Assembly (NCBI GenBank): GCA_964531265.1
Contig: CAZHDW010000013.1
Span: forward strand, 1,060-65,059
Source of the DNA: an uncultured Ruminococcus sp.
GTDB taxonomy: Bacteria; Bacillota; Clostridia; Oscillospirales; Acutalibacteraceae
DNA: 64,000 nt
Direction: 5' to 3'
Made by a program: the position numbers and the translations under genes. A model generated the notes under the pieces. The model searched no databases, was not told where the DNA came from, and was given only the letters and a program-made list of their open reading frames with translations. Positions 10,467 through 21,580 of this stretch are shown here, in pieces; position 1 is the first letter of the stretch, and each line of letters begins with the position of its first letter.

Positions 10467-11051
10467 TTATCTCACCTCTGACGTGCCCTTTTCCCTGAGA
10501 TAGGTCGCCTCAAGGTCAGCCAAATGCAGTTTTACCGCCAGCGGATAGCGGTCATATGCCTGACTTATCGCAAAGCTTCCGCCCTTGGCAGCTTCATCAA
10601 AACCGCCCATATGCCACCTGATTGCCATTGCCTCGGCAGGCTTCAGGCGCATAAAACGCTCTATGAGATACACAGATTTTTCGCCATGGCCGTACGGGAA
10701 TGCATCATCCACCGTGTAGAACGGCTTCTTTTCCCACTGGCCGGTCTCATCATTCTTGACATTTCGGGTTGAGGTCTTGTAATACTGGGATTTACATATA
10801 TCATGCAGCAGACCGCATATTGCAAAACTTTCCTCGCTGTCACCCTCATCAAAATAGCGTTCCCGAAGCGTCTTATAGACATTCACGCTGTGCATTACCA
10901 ATCCATATTCGCACGCACAATGGAACTTCGTGCTTGCCGGAGCAGAAAAGAAATCGGTATTATCGAGCCAGGCAAGCAGCTTCTGAGCGCCATCCCTTGT
11001 TACATTCTTAGTAAAGATATCGATAAATTCATCCCTGTACTGATTCGACAT
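10467..11051 (-). CDS. HD domain phosphohydrolase
   Basis: APASTKFH...HSVNV...LLHDICK...GHGEKS...AIRWHMG; start at MSNQY behind GGAGG. Confidence 0.88.
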   Translation of the reverse strand: MSNQYRDEFIDIFTKNVTRDGAQKLLAWLDNTDFFSAPASTKFHCACEYGLVMHSVNVYKTLRERYFDEGDSEESFAICGLLHDICKSQYYKTSTRNVKNDETGQWEKKPFYTVDDAFPYGHGEKSVYLIERFMRLKPAEAMAIRWHMGGFDEAAKGGSFAISQAYDRYPLAVKLHLADLEATYLREKGTSEVR

Positions 11052-11173
11052 TTGCACGGCCTCCACTTGATTTATATTCCGAGTGCAAGCACAGTATATC
11101 ACAAAAAATGACGATTTTCAATGATTTATAAAGCAAAAAAGAGACGATCGTATGACCGTCTCCTTTGATATCA

Positions 11174-11986
11174 TCAATGATTTCCTGCGCAGCCGTGCTT
11201 ATCCTCGGAGCAATTGTGGGAGCCGCAATCATGCTCGCCGCAGTCGTGGCCGTCACCGTGGCTGTGATGGCTGCACACTGTATCGGGATTGAATATCAAT
11301 GTACCGTTGAGCAGGGCCTGAACAGCAGAATCGGCACTGCCGGAGGTTCCCGGGAAAAGCTCAATGCCCGCTGCAGCCAGAGCTGTACGTGCACCGCCGC
11401 CGATGCCGCCGCAGATAAGTGCGTCCGCACCATGATTCTTAAGGAAGCCTGCAAGTGCGCCGTGACCGCTGCCCTCTGCGCTTATTACCTCTGAGAAAAC
11501 AACCTTATTGTCCTCAACAACGTAAAACTTGAATGCCTCGCAATGTCCGAAATGTTGAAAAATCATACCGTTCTGATAAGTAACTGCAATTTTCATTTTG
11601 ATTCTTCCTTTCAAATTTACCTTTTCATCAGCCACAAAGGTCTGCGGCATCTGCGCGTGCCTGCATTTTTCGTATTCTGTCGGTACACAGCCACCGAGCA
11701 GAGGTGTGCAGGGCAAGCCTTCCGGCGCAGAGGCCATTGACGCAAATAAATCGGCTAATGCTTTCAGTGCCAAACGATCAACCGTATAATGGACAAAGTA
11801 CCCATGCTTTTCGCCCATCACCAGACCGGCCTCGCGCAAAAGCTTCAGATGCTGGGAAACAGCGGCTTCGGAAATATCGAGTTGTCTTGCAAGCGCACGC
11901 ACGCAACAATTACGTCTCAAAAGCAGACGCACGATGAGCATTCTGTTTTCATCGGCAAGCGCCTTTATCACCGATACGGTATTCAC
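11174..11986 (-). CDS. ArsR/SmtB regulator fused in-frame to a NifB/NifX (FeMo-co binding) domain with a His/Cys-rich tail
   Basis: ArsR wHTH (ALADENR..LARQLDISEAAVSQHLKLLREAGLV); NifX-like MKIAV...IFQHFGHCEAF...LICGGIGGGA from 11596. Confidence 0.85.
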   Translation of the reverse strand: MNTVSVIKALADENRMLIVRLLLRRNCCVRALARQLDISEAAVSQHLKLLREAGLVMGEKHGYFVHYTVDRLALKALADLFASMASAPEGLPCTPLLGGCVPTEYEKCRHAQMPQTFVADEKVNLKGRIKMKIAVTYQNGMIFQHFGHCEAFKFYVVEDNKVVFSEVISAEGSGHGALAGFLKNHGADALICGGIGGGARTALAAAGIELFPGTSGSADSAVQALLNGTLIFNPDTVCSHHSHGDGHDCGEHDCGSHNCSEDKHGCAGNH

Positions 11987-12006
11987 GTTCTCACCTCGAT
12001 TTTCAA

Positions 12007-12072
12007 TTAAGCTTTGACTTAATTATACTCCCGTTATTCATGTATGTCAACACTGATTAAGTAAATTCTTAA
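12007..12072 (-). promoter_or_regulatory. sigmaA promoter flanked by two palindromic ArsR-type operators
   Basis: TTGACA-N17-TATAAT (12050 to 12022); TTAAG-N6-CTTAA at 12007-12022 and 12057-12072. Confidence 0.75.
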
Positions 12073-12131
12073 ATACAACACAAAAGAAAACGGCTTGCAC
12101 CGAAGTACAAGCCGCATAATGCAAATAATTA

Positions 12132-13211
12132 TCAGAGATCGACCTCAACCTCGTGTCCGCATGCGCTGGAACGAATGATACCGTCGATAATAGCCTGATT
12201 GTAGAGAATCTGCGATGTCGGGATCGGAGCCTCTCCGCCGTTACGCACAGCATCGACAAACGACTGAACCTTTCTGAGGAAGAGGTTGGACTTGTCGTTC
12301 TGGATGAGCGGTATCTCTGTGGAGGTCGGTCTGCCGAAGGCATCATGCATCATTGTGATCTTACCGATAGGGCCATCCCATGCGCCGCCCCAAACCTCGT
12401 AATGCGGCTGCTGAACCTTAAGTCCCGCATCCTTGCCGAGGAAGATGAAGTCACCGGTAGTATCCATATGCATTGCCCATGACATACGGAAGTCGAGCAC
12501 GCAGCCGTTTTCAAGGCGGACAAATGCTGCCGAGAAATCGTCAACGCTGAAACGCTCTGCCTCTGCATAGTACTTCGGGTTCTTTCCGAAATAGTCATAT
12601 GCAACAGCGGAAACTGTGAGGGGCTTCGGGTAACCGATGGTATTCATTGCAAAGTCAAGTGCATAGCATCCGATATCTGCCAGAGCGCCGACGCCGGCCT
12701 TATCCTTATCGATAAATGTGCTGCCCGGAATTCCGCGTCTTCTGCCACCACCGGTCTGTACATAGTACACATCGCCGAGTGCGCCGGACTGAACGATCTC
12801 CTTGACCTTCTGAGAGTTGACGTCGTAACGCGGCTGGAAGCCGATTGTGAGTATCTTGCCGCTCTGCTTCTCGGCGCGAACCATTTCCTTGGCCTCGTCG
12901 AGCATTATGGACATGGGCTTTTCGAGGAGAACATGGCAGCCCTCTCCGAGTGCCTGCAAGGTACATATCCTGTGCTGAGAGTTATATGTACAGATGCTTA
13001 CAGCCTCGGGCTTGATAACACGAAGCATTTCGGCTGTATCCTCAAATGCGGGAACATCCGGAAGATCGTGTCTGTCCAGAAACTCTCTTGCCTTGCCGGG
13101 AATGATATCAACGCCGGCAACGATTTCCACTTCCGGTATCTGCTTGTAGGCGTTCATGTGGGAATTGGCAATGCCGCCCGTTCCGATGATCGCAACCCTT
13201 GTTTTTTCCAT
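12132..13211 (-). CDS. Gfo/Idh/MocA family oxidoreductase
   Basis: VAIIGTGGIA Rossmann fold, VLLEKPMS, GALADIGCY; start at MEKTRV. Confidence 0.92.
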   Translation of the reverse strand: MEKTRVAIIGTGGIANSHMNAYKQIPEVEIVAGVDIIPGKAREFLDRHDLPDVPAFEDTAEMLRVIKPEAVSICTYNSQHRICTLQALGEGCHVLLEKPMSIMLDEAKEMVRAEKQSGKILTIGFQPRYDVNSQKVKEIVQSGALGDVYYVQTGGGRRRGIPGSTFIDKDKAGVGALADIGCYALDFAMNTIGYPKPLTVSAVAYDYFGKNPKYYAEAERFSVDDFSAAFVRLENGCVLDFRMSWAMHMDTTGDFIFLGKDAGLKVQQPHYEVWGGAWDGPIGKITMMHDAFGRPTSTEIPLIQNDKSNLFLRKVQSFVDAVRNGGEAPIPTSQILYNQAIIDGIIRSSACGHEVEVDL

Positions 13212-13458
13212 AGGTCGTCCCTCTTTCCATAGAGTACAGTTTATTTTTTGAGCCAATGCTCATCAACTATTAGTTAATCACAGTTCATATGGAATGTCAA
13301 CAAAAAAATTGAATATTTTTCTGTTTGTTGTGTCGAATTCTATAATGATTTGATATTATTAATATTGTCTTATATCAGTATGAGCACGAAGTAGTAAAAA
13401 GCTCAGGAGCCGCCTGTCCGAATATCGAACCGTACTCCTGAGCTTAAATTCAATTACC

Positions 13459-14322
13459 TCACACTCCGCGAAAGCCCTTACCAATGATCTCGCTGGTGTT
13501 GGTTATAAAGATGAACGCCTTATTGTCTATCAACCTCACGTACTGACGCAGACGAATGGCCTCACTGCGGCGGCATGCGACCATAACTACCTTCTTATTC
13601 TCGTGCGTATATGCTCCGATACCGTCAAGCACAGTGCAGCTATGCTTGAGATTATCTATGATGAATGAGCTTATCTCATCGGACTTCGCTGTGACAATTG
13701 TAAAATACTTGCACAGATTTATGCTCTCAATAACGGAGTCGACAGCAAACGCCTTTATCATCAGACCAAGTATTGAGAACAGGCCGGTCTTGATGTCGAA
13801 TACGAAGCAGGCCGAGCACGCGATGAGTGCATCAGAAATCAGAAGGGCCTTGCCGATATCCATGCTTGTATACTTCTTGATTATCATGGCCACTATATCC
13901 GTGCCACCGGAAGACGCATTGCAATTGAACAATATTGCGGAGGCTACCGCTGGAAGAAGCATTGCGAAGCACAGTTCAAGGAACGGCTGATCCGTGAACG
14001 GCTGCGTCATCGGATACAGTTTTTCAAACAGCCATGTCAGGCTCGAATACAATATGCTGCAATACGCGGTCATCAGTCCAAAGCCCTTGCCGAGGAATAT
14101 GAAGCCGACTATCAGCAACAGGATATTTATTACCCACATTATTGCCGCTGTGGATACAAAGGGGATTATCTTTCCGAGCAGAATGGACAGACCGCTGACA
14201 CCACCCGTTGAAAAATTATTCGGAAACTTAAAGAAGTAAACCCCGATCGCCAAAATGATCGTTCCAGCATTTACAAGCAGGAAATTTTTAAGCTTTTCAT
14301 TTTTTATATCTATCTTCTGCAT
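13459..14322 (-). CDS. YitT family membrane protein
   Basis: NNFSTGGVSG, ASSGGTDI, C-terminal DUF2179-like IIGKGF. Confidence 0.9.
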   Translation of the reverse strand: MQKIDIKNEKLKNFLLVNAGTIILAIGVYFFKFPNNFSTGGVSGLSILLGKIIPFVSTAAIMWVINILLLIVGFIFLGKGFGLMTAYCSILYSSLTWLFEKLYPMTQPFTDQPFLELCFAMLLPAVASAILFNCNASSGGTDIVAMIIKKYTSMDIGKALLISDALIACSACFVFDIKTGLFSILGLMIKAFAVDSVIESINLCKYFTIVTAKSDEISSFIIDNLKHSCTVLDGIGAYTHENKKVVMVACRRSEAIRLRQYVRLIDNKAFIFITNTSEIIGKGFRGV

Positions 14323-14430
14323 ATACTGCCAACTTTCCGGAAAATCCAGTTATTTTGCCGTTAGATTCTAACACAGGTAATTACAAAATTCAACCGAATT
14401 TGCAGAAATGAATAATTATTTTTGCAGCCG

Positions 14431-14958
14431 TCACTTTGTTGAATTTGCGTACTCAAAAAACTTCATTTTGTATCTTTGAAATCTCGCATTAACACGCCAA
14501 ACAAAGGTCGAGTCGTTCAAGGCTCGCTCCAGCTCCGCAAGCGGCACAAATCTGTAATCCACCGTCTCCCCCTCCTGCATCGATATCTCGATGTCGGAGC
14601 TGTCTATAGTGTGCGCATAGACATAGTAAAGAGAATTCGTATGTGCCAATTTCAGCATTAGCACCAGATTTTTCGGCTCAGTCACTATTCCAGTCTCTTC
14701 AAGGAGCTCCCTGACTGCGGCAATTTCGGAAGTCTCACCCTTAACCGCCGAGCCGCCGGTGAATTCCCATTGCAGGCCAAAGGGCTTTTGGGGGTCCCGC
14801 TGAGTCATAAGTACCTTGCCGTCACGCGTAACAGTGACCACTTCTACCACCGTATGATAAATACCGGCCGGTATTTTATCCGCCTCGTCCCTGTACAAAT
14901 CGAATCCGAGCAATCTGCCGTCGGCATCGACTGCATCCCAAACTTCGCGTTTATTCAT
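14431..14958 (-). CDS. NUDIX hydrolase
   Basis: GGSAVKGETSEIAAVRELLEETGI Nudix box. Confidence 0.92.
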   Translation of the reverse strand: MNKREVWDAVDADGRLLGFDLYRDEADKIPAGIYHTVVEVVTVTRDGKVLMTQRDPQKPFGLQWEFTGGSAVKGETSEIAAVRELLEETGIVTEPKNLVLMLKLAHTNSLYYVYAHTIDSSDIEISMQEGETVDYRFVPLAELERALNDSTFVWRVNARFQRYKMKFFEYANSTK

Positions 14959-15030
14959 TTTTACTCCTTTCAAAAACAAGATAAGCGTTGAGGAGCATTG
15001 TCCGCAACGCTTACTTATAGATTTTTGATA

Positions 15031-15870
15031 TTAGATCAGGCTGCGGATGTAATCTGCTGCCATACGGATATCGCCCTCGGGATCATCTCCGACCTCACGC
15101 TCAATGGTAAGGAAGCCCTTATAGCCAATGTCGTTAAGTGCCTTGAAGTATGCCGGGAAGTCGACATCGCCCTGACCGAGCGGAAGCTCGATAAAGGAAG
15201 TATCCTGAAGCATATCGGATTCCTCCATGCCGTAGAGGATCTCCGGGCTCACATAATGCAGACGCTTGCCGTCCTTTGCATGTGTGTGAACAATGTAGTC
15301 CTTAAGTGTGTAAACTGCCTGTACCGGGTCATCGCCTGTTACCATGACGAAATTTGCCGGATCAAGGTTGACGGAAACGCCCTTGGAATGCAGGCCGTCG
15401 AGGAAATTCTTAAGTGTAACTGCGATTTCCGGGCCGGTCTCAACTGCGAAATGAGCTTTCATGGAGTCTGCATATGCAGCAAGCTTACCGCATGCATCCT
15501 GCATGATAGCATATCTCGGATGATTCGGATCCTCCGGAACAACGCCGATATGTGTAGTGATAACGTCCGTCTCAAGATCCTTTGCAAGATCGACAATGCG
15601 CTTGGACTTTTCGATGAGCTCCGGGTTGAGGTTCGGATCTTGGAAGCCGTGGCCGAGGTCACCGCAAAGTGCGGAAATAACAAGGCCACGATCCTTTACC
15701 TGCTTAAGGAACTCTCTGCGAGCTGCGGCATCCATGTTCTCCGGAGCCATCTCTCCGCGTGTTGCATAGACCTGAATGCCCTTGGCACCCACAGCAACTG
15801 CCTTATCGAGAGCTGTGAGAGTATCTGTACGGAAGCCGTCCATAAGGACGCCTATTGAGAAGGGATACAT
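15031..15870 (-). CDS. Sugar phosphate isomerase/epimerase family (AP endonuclease 2 TIM barrel) protein
   Basis: Metal ligands in FAVETG, NLDPAN, HTHAKD, LTIERE. Confidence 0.88.
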   Translation of the reverse strand: MYPFSIGVLMDGFRTDTLTALDKAVAVGAKGIQVYATRGEMAPENMDAAARREFLKQVKDRGLVISALCGDLGHGFQDPNLNPELIEKSKRIVDLAKDLETDVITTHIGVVPEDPNHPRYAIMQDACGKLAAYADSMKAHFAVETGPEIAVTLKNFLDGLHSKGVSVNLDPANFVMVTGDDPVQAVYTLKDYIVHTHAKDGKRLHYVSPEILYGMEESDMLQDTSFIELPLGQGDVDFPAYFKALNDIGYKGFLTIEREVGDDPEGDIRMAADYIRSLI

Positions 15871-15899
15871 ATGATCAAATTCCTTTCTGTAAAATCTGA

Positions 15900-16952
15900 T
15901 TATTCAAGAACGATTTCTTTGTGCTGCTCTGCGGAATCGTAGATAGCCTGCATCATTCTAGATGTAAGAATATTTACATCGATGTGTGACGGAAGCTTCT
16001 CGCCGGACTTGCAGCAGTTTATGAATGCATCGATCTCGTTCTGGAAGTGGTCACGAACCCTAAAGTCAGGCTTATACTCAACGAGTGCGCCGTGCTCTGT
16101 GGTATAGACTGTGAAGTCCTGACCATACTGGAGACGGATACCGCCCTTATCGCCGATAAAGTCGATATACTGCTCAGCAACGCCGATATTCTGTGCCCAT
16201 GCACCGTGAACTGTGATAACGGGGCCATCGGTACGGATCATAGCTGTTACGGAGTCGTCAACATCGTAGATGCCGTCAATCTTCGGAGGACCTGCCCACA
16301 TATCCTTATATGCATATCCGGCAATATCCTTACCAAGCTTGCTGAATACTTCACCGGAAACTGTCTTTGCAATCGGATCACCGCAACAATACATAACGAT
16401 ATCGAGGTAATGAACGCCCCAGTCGATAAGTGCGCCGCCGCCTGCGATAGCCTTTGTTGTGAAAGCACCGCCGAGGCCCGGAATGGAACGATGAGCACGG
16501 AAGCTTACATAAACATGATAGACCTCACCGAGCTTACCCTCATCAATGTACTGCTTTACAAGGTTAACAGCATTATTGAAGCGGTTAACAACACCAATGT
16601 TCAGCACCTTGCCTGTCTCATGCTGAACCTTCTGCATCTCAAGAGCCTCTGCGTATGTTCTTGCAGCTGGCTTCTCGCAGAGAACATTCTTGCCTGCACG
16701 GAGAGCATCGATAGCTATTGTAGCATGCACATTGTTCGGTGTGCAGACGGAAACAGCCTCGATCTCGGGGTCAGCCAGAACATCATGATAATCAACAACA
16801 GCAGTGCCGCAGCCGTACTTCTCAACAGCCTTCTCAGCACGCTCCGGGATAATATCGCAGAAATACTTGATCTCTGCCTCCGGATTGTTCATGTAGGACG
16901 GGATATGAGCGGAATTCGCTATAGTACCGCATCCGATTACAGCAATCTTCAT
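15900..16952 (-). CDS. Gfo/Idh/MocA family oxidoreductase
   Basis: [32 protein letters not shown]. Confidence 0.92.
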   Translation of the reverse strand: MKIAVIGCGTIANSAHIPSYMNNPEAEIKYFCDIIPERAEKAVEKYGCGTAVVDYHDVLADPEIEAVSVCTPNNVHATIAIDALRAGKNVLCEKPAARTYAEALEMQKVQHETGKVLNIGVVNRFNNAVNLVKQYIDEGKLGEVYHVYVSFRAHRSIPGLGGAFTTKAIAGGGALIDWGVHYLDIVMYCCGDPIAKTVSGEVFSKLGKDIAGYAYKDMWAGPPKIDGIYDVDDSVTAMIRTDGPVITVHGAWAQNIGVAEQYIDFIGDKGGIRLQYGQDFTVYTTEHGALVEYKPDFRVRDHFQNEIDAFINCCKSGEKLPSHIDVNILTSRMMQAIYDSAEQHKEIVLE

Positions 16953-17072
16953 AATTATAAGCTCCTTTACTTAAAAGCCGAAGGGCAAAGAAATGCCGGC
17001 ATCGGCAATAATATATTTACACGACGCCCTGTTTATTACCGCGACGCGTATATTCCATAAGCACGGACAGGA

Positions 17073-17579
17073 TCAATCCTCGTCCTTTTTTTCGTGCTCG
17101 CCCTTCTCGATCTGTCTGTGCAGACTTCTGAACACTTCGCCGTTCACGATATTCTCAGATTCGCCCGTCAGATTCATGGTAATGCGGTCAAGCAGCACGG
17201 CAAGCTGCTGCATTTCCTCCTGAGAAACGCCCTCAAACATCGAAGCGTCAAGAAGATCCATTTTTTCGTGTGCAAGCTCTCTTACGTGCTTGCCCTCATC
17301 AGTCAGATACAGCCTCTTGCATCTGAGATTATCCTTATCCACCTCTTTTATGAGGTAGCCGGACTTTTGAAGCCGCTTCGTGGACAATGCAATGGAAGCC
17401 GGACTGACCTGAAGGCAATTTGCAATCTCAACCTGAGTGCATCCGGGATTATCGGATACATAATTGAGCACCGGCATCTGCCCAAAATACAGCTTGAACT
17501 CATGAGTATGCTTCTGGTGGCACAGCTTTCGCACCAATTCAAGCTTATGAAGTCTGCCGATCAATTCATACGGTTCCAT
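17073..17579 (-). CDS. MarR family transcriptional regulator
   Basis: TQVEIANCLQVSPASI...RLQKSGYLIKEVDKDNLRCKRLYLTDEG; start uncertain (17579 or 17615). Confidence 0.87.
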   Translation of the reverse strand: MEPYELIGRLHKLELVRKLCHQKHTHEFKLYFGQMPVLNYVSDNPGCTQVEIANCLQVSPASIALSTKRLQKSGYLIKEVDKDNLRCKRLYLTDEGKHVRELAHEKMDLLDASMFEGVSQEEMQQLAVLLDRITMNLTGESENIVNGEVFRSLHRQIEKGEHEKKDED

Positions 17580-17717
17580 TAACGCGCCCTCTTCTTCCGA
17601 TCTGTTTACTATCATTATAACTTATCTGCCGAATTTGTCAATGAACAACGTTTAATTTCATTTGCTTTTTTGTATTATTGTGATATACTTACAGAAAGAC
17701 TAAAAGGAGCCTGATAG

Positions 17718-18434
17718 ATGATGAATGATACGATAAAACTGCTCATGGAAAGAAAATCGGTTCGCGTTTTTGAAGAGCGAAATATTTCCCCTGAGATAAA
17801 ATCCGCAATACTCGGCGCTGCAATGCGTGCTCCCACTGCCGGAAATTCCATGCTGTATTCCATAATCGATGTTACAGACCAAAGCCTCAAGGAGGCACTT
17901 GCGGTCAACTGTGATAATCAGCCGTTCATAGCTCAGGCACCGTTGGTTCTTGTTTTCTGCGCAGATTATCACCGCTGGTACAGAAAGTTCAAGCTTGCCG
18001 GCTGCGAGGATGTGCGTCCGCCCGAGCTGAGCGACCTCATTCTCTCCACAAACGATGCCGTCATCGCGGCACATGCCGCATGTGTAGCCGCCGAAAGCTT
18101 TGGTATCGGCTCCTGCTATATCGGGGACATCGTTGAAAACTTCGAAAAGAACAGAGAGCTGCTCAAGCTTCCCCACCAGGTAGCACCCGTCTCCATGCTG
18201 GTATTCGGCTATCCGACCGAGCAGCAGAAAAACAGAAAGCAGACTACGCGCTTTGCCGAGAGCTCTGTGATTTTCGAAAACAACTACCGCGAGCTCAGCG
18301 AAGATGAGCTTCTGGACATGATGCCGAATGACAGAACCAAGGCCTTTCACGACCGCAAGTATGTTTCTGAGTTTGCCATGGAAATGGTTCGCTCGGTAAA
18401 TGCAATTTACGAAAACTGGAATCACGAGGATTGA
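17718..18434 (+). CDS. Nitroreductase family protein (NfsA-like)
   Basis: RKSVRVF, APTAGNS, AESFGIGSCYIG. Confidence 0.9.
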   Translation: MMNDTIKLLMERKSVRVFEERNISPEIKSAILGAAMRAPTAGNSMLYSIIDVTDQSLKEALAVNCDNQPFIAQAPLVLVFCADYHRWYRKFKLAGCEDVRPPELSDLILSTNDAVIAAHAACVAAESFGIGSCYIGDIVENFEKNRELLKLPHQVAPVSMLVFGYPTEQQKNRKQTTRFAESSVIFENNYRELSEDELLDMMPNDRTKAFHDRKYVSEFAMEMVRSVNAIYENWNHED

Positions 18435-18511
18435 TATCCGAAAAGTAAATCAATATAAAACTGCCCCACCGTATGCTATGAGAGCGCACGGTGGGGCTTT
18501 TGCATTTACAA

Positions 18512-19007
<496 letters not shown>

Positions 19008-19022
19008 AAAGCTGCCTCCGTA

Positions 19023-19943
19023 TTAAAGCTGATACAGCGTTACCATTAACGGTATCGTGATTATGCACAGCATCGTTGTTATGACATTTATTGAGCTTGC
19101 GTATTCGGCGTCCTTGTCGAATATCTGCGCAAACTGAACTATTGTCGAGGCGGAGGGCGTTGTAGTCGCAAGCAGAGTTATCATCAATATACTTGTGCCG
19201 TTTGCGGCAAGCTGATTGATGCCTGTGAATTTCAGCAGAGGTATAACGATGAGCGGCACAAGCAATAGTCTGAGTGCTGCCACGAGCCATACCCTCTTGA
19301 ACGAAAATATCCTCTTAATGCTCATTCCGCCTATCAGCATACCCGTTACCATCATAGAGGCCGGGCCTATCATTGCTCCCACGGAATCCATTGTATCCTT
19401 AATAATTGCCGGAAGCTTTATTCCACACAGCAGCAGTATAAGGCCAAAGAATATCGATATCATGTTGATATTCACCAGTGCCTTTTTCATGCTGAAGCTC
19501 TTCTCTTCGCAAACCATTGCGCGCCCGTGGCTCCATATCAGCAGCATTTGGACAACACTGAAGCCACTTGTGTATATCACCCATTCCGGGCCGAGAATAG
19601 CCGAGATGAGCGGAATTATCAGATTACCTGCATTTGAATACATCACGGATGCCTGTTCGAGTGCATTTAAGCGAAAGACCCTCTTAAGAATTTCATTCAG
19701 CACCAGAAGAATAATATGTATAACGACAGCCGCTCCTGCCGCAAGCAGCAGGCCGTTTCGTACATCCTCGGTAAAATCCACCTGAAATGCCGAAATGGAC
19801 ACACAGGGCATTATGAAGTACATCGATATTCGTGAAAGCGTCTTGCTGTCCTCTGTTTTAAGCTTACCGCACTTTACGAGGACAAATCCCATGGCCATTA
19901 TAAGCGCCAGTGAGATTATCTTTTTGATCAAAACAAGTATCAT
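19023..19943 (-). CDS. AEC (auxin efflux carrier) family transporter
   Basis: About 10 hydrophobic helices, YSNAGNL..P, TTPSA motifs. Confidence 0.88.
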   Translation of the reverse strand: MILVLIKKIISLALIMAMGFVLVKCGKLKTEDSKTLSRISMYFIMPCVSISAFQVDFTEDVRNGLLLAAGAAVVIHIILLVLNEILKRVFRLNALEQASVMYSNAGNLIIPLISAILGPEWVIYTSGFSVVQMLLIWSHGRAMVCEEKSFSMKKALVNINMISIFFGLILLLCGIKLPAIIKDTMDSVGAMIGPASMMVTGMLIGGMSIKRIFSFKRVWLVAALRLLLVPLIVIPLLKFTGINQLAANGTSILMITLLATTTPSASTIVQFAQIFDKDAEYASSINVITTMLCIITIPLMVTLYQL

Positions 19944-20145
19944 ATAAATCCCTCAAACTCCTTTATTGTCAGTATAATAATACGCCCAATTCGAGCGGTT
20001 GTAAAGAGCGCACAAAAAAGTGCGTCGGTCACAAACAAGCAACTGTGGCGGACTAAAGTGTATTTTTCGGCTGCTTGCGAGCAATTAAAGCAAAAAAAGA
20101 ACAGCATAGCAACTGCCATGCTGTTCGAAAAAGCAATGAAATTGA

Positions 20146-21279
20146 TTATGCCTCAAAAGCGATTGCCTTACCGCTCTCGCTACTCTCGAAGCAAGCCTCC
20201 ATAATGCGAAGAACGCGGAGAGCATGCTCCTGAGTGACGATCTGCTCAGCCTCGCCGCGGCAGGTCTCAACAAAGTTGCGGTACAGAGTGTTGTGGTCAT
20301 AATCGAATCTCGGGAGATCGACCTCTTCAACGGACTCACCGCCGGATCTCGGAGCCATTGTCTTGGTAAGACCTGCGCCTGCCATGATCGGAGTTGCATC
20401 CTTATCATCCCAGGAAACAAGGCGAACCATCTTGCCGTCCATCTTCCAGCTATTGATCATAGCGGAGCCCTTATCACCGTATACGCACCAGAGCGGCTCA
20501 TTTACGAAGTGGCAGGTACCAACCTCAAGGTTAACGGTAATACCGCTCTCGAATGTGAGATGAAGCTGGAAGCCGTCATCGCACTCCGGATTTGTGATGT
20601 ATGTGAAGTGGCAGAACAGGTTTGTGATCTTCTCCGGGATCATCTTAACGATACGGTCGATGATATGTACGCCCCAGTCGAGCATCATGCCGCCGCCGTA
20701 CTCCTTAACGCCACGCCAGTCACCCGGGATACCACGGCTGCCCATGATGCGGCACTTAATGTTGAAGATATTACCGATGAGCTTCTCATCATAGATCTTC
20801 TTGACCATCAGGAAATCCTCGTCCCACTCACGGTTCTGACGCGGATAGAATACCTTACCTGTCTCCTTGGAAACAGCCATAACATCCAGCATATCAGCAC
20901 TGGACATCATAACCGGCTTCTCGCAGAGAACATGTTTGCCTGCACGCAGGGACTTGATAGCCATTTCCTTATGAAGGTGGTTCGGAGTAGCGATGAGGAT
21001 AGCATCAACTGTCGGATCAGCAAGCATAGCATCGAAGCTTTCGAACACGTTGATGCCGTGCTCTGTAGCCCACTCGTTACGAGCCGGGTTGATGTCGTAT
21101 ACACCGGCAAGCTCCAGGAAATCCGGAAGATTTGTGTTCATCTCGCCCGGGAACGGCGGAACATAGTCGATCTTTGTGCTCCAGATAGTGTTGCCCGTGC
21201 CGCTGTGGATACCCATAGCATGGCCGCTGCCCATACCGCCGACGCCGACGATACCAATGCGGATCTTTTCAATACTCAT
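20146..21279 (-). CDS. Gfo/Idh/MocA family oxidoreductase
   Basis: IGIVGVGGMG, HVLCEKPV, GGGMMLDWGVHIID; about 25-aa insertion after the Rossmann motif. Confidence 0.92.
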   Translation of the reverse strand: MSIEKIRIGIVGVGGMGSGHAMGIHSGTGNTIWSTKIDYVPPFPGEMNTNLPDFLELAGVYDINPARNEWATEHGINVFESFDAMLADPTVDAILIATPNHLHKEMAIKSLRAGKHVLCEKPVMMSSADMLDVMAVSKETGKVFYPRQNREWDEDFLMVKKIYDEKLIGNIFNIKCRIMGSRGIPGDWRGVKEYGGGMMLDWGVHIIDRIVKMIPEKITNLFCHFTYITNPECDDGFQLHLTFESGITVNLEVGTCHFVNEPLWCVYGDKGSAMINSWKMDGKMVRLVSWDDKDATPIMAGAGLTKTMAPRSGGESVEEVDLPRFDYDHNTLYRNFVETCRGEAEQIVTQEHALRVLRIMEACFESSESGKAIAFEA

Positions 21280-21580
21280 ATTATTTCATCCTTTCTTCGC
21301 CATCGGCGAATCAAATACTACATATGAACGCACAGTTCTCACGCCGATATGACGTCCTCATACAGCCGTACGCTCACGACCTCTGCCGCGATACATGCCC
21401 ATATCCAGGCAAACAGCCGTCACTATTCATTATACTGATAAATCTTTTAATTTCAAGAGTTTTTTAGGAATTTTTCAAAAAATTAAGCGCTTCACTATCA
21501 TAACTTCTATTGAAAAGCTCCATTTGCTCTCACAAAACATAAGCCATGCGAATATTTCATCGCATGGCTCATGTTTTCAA

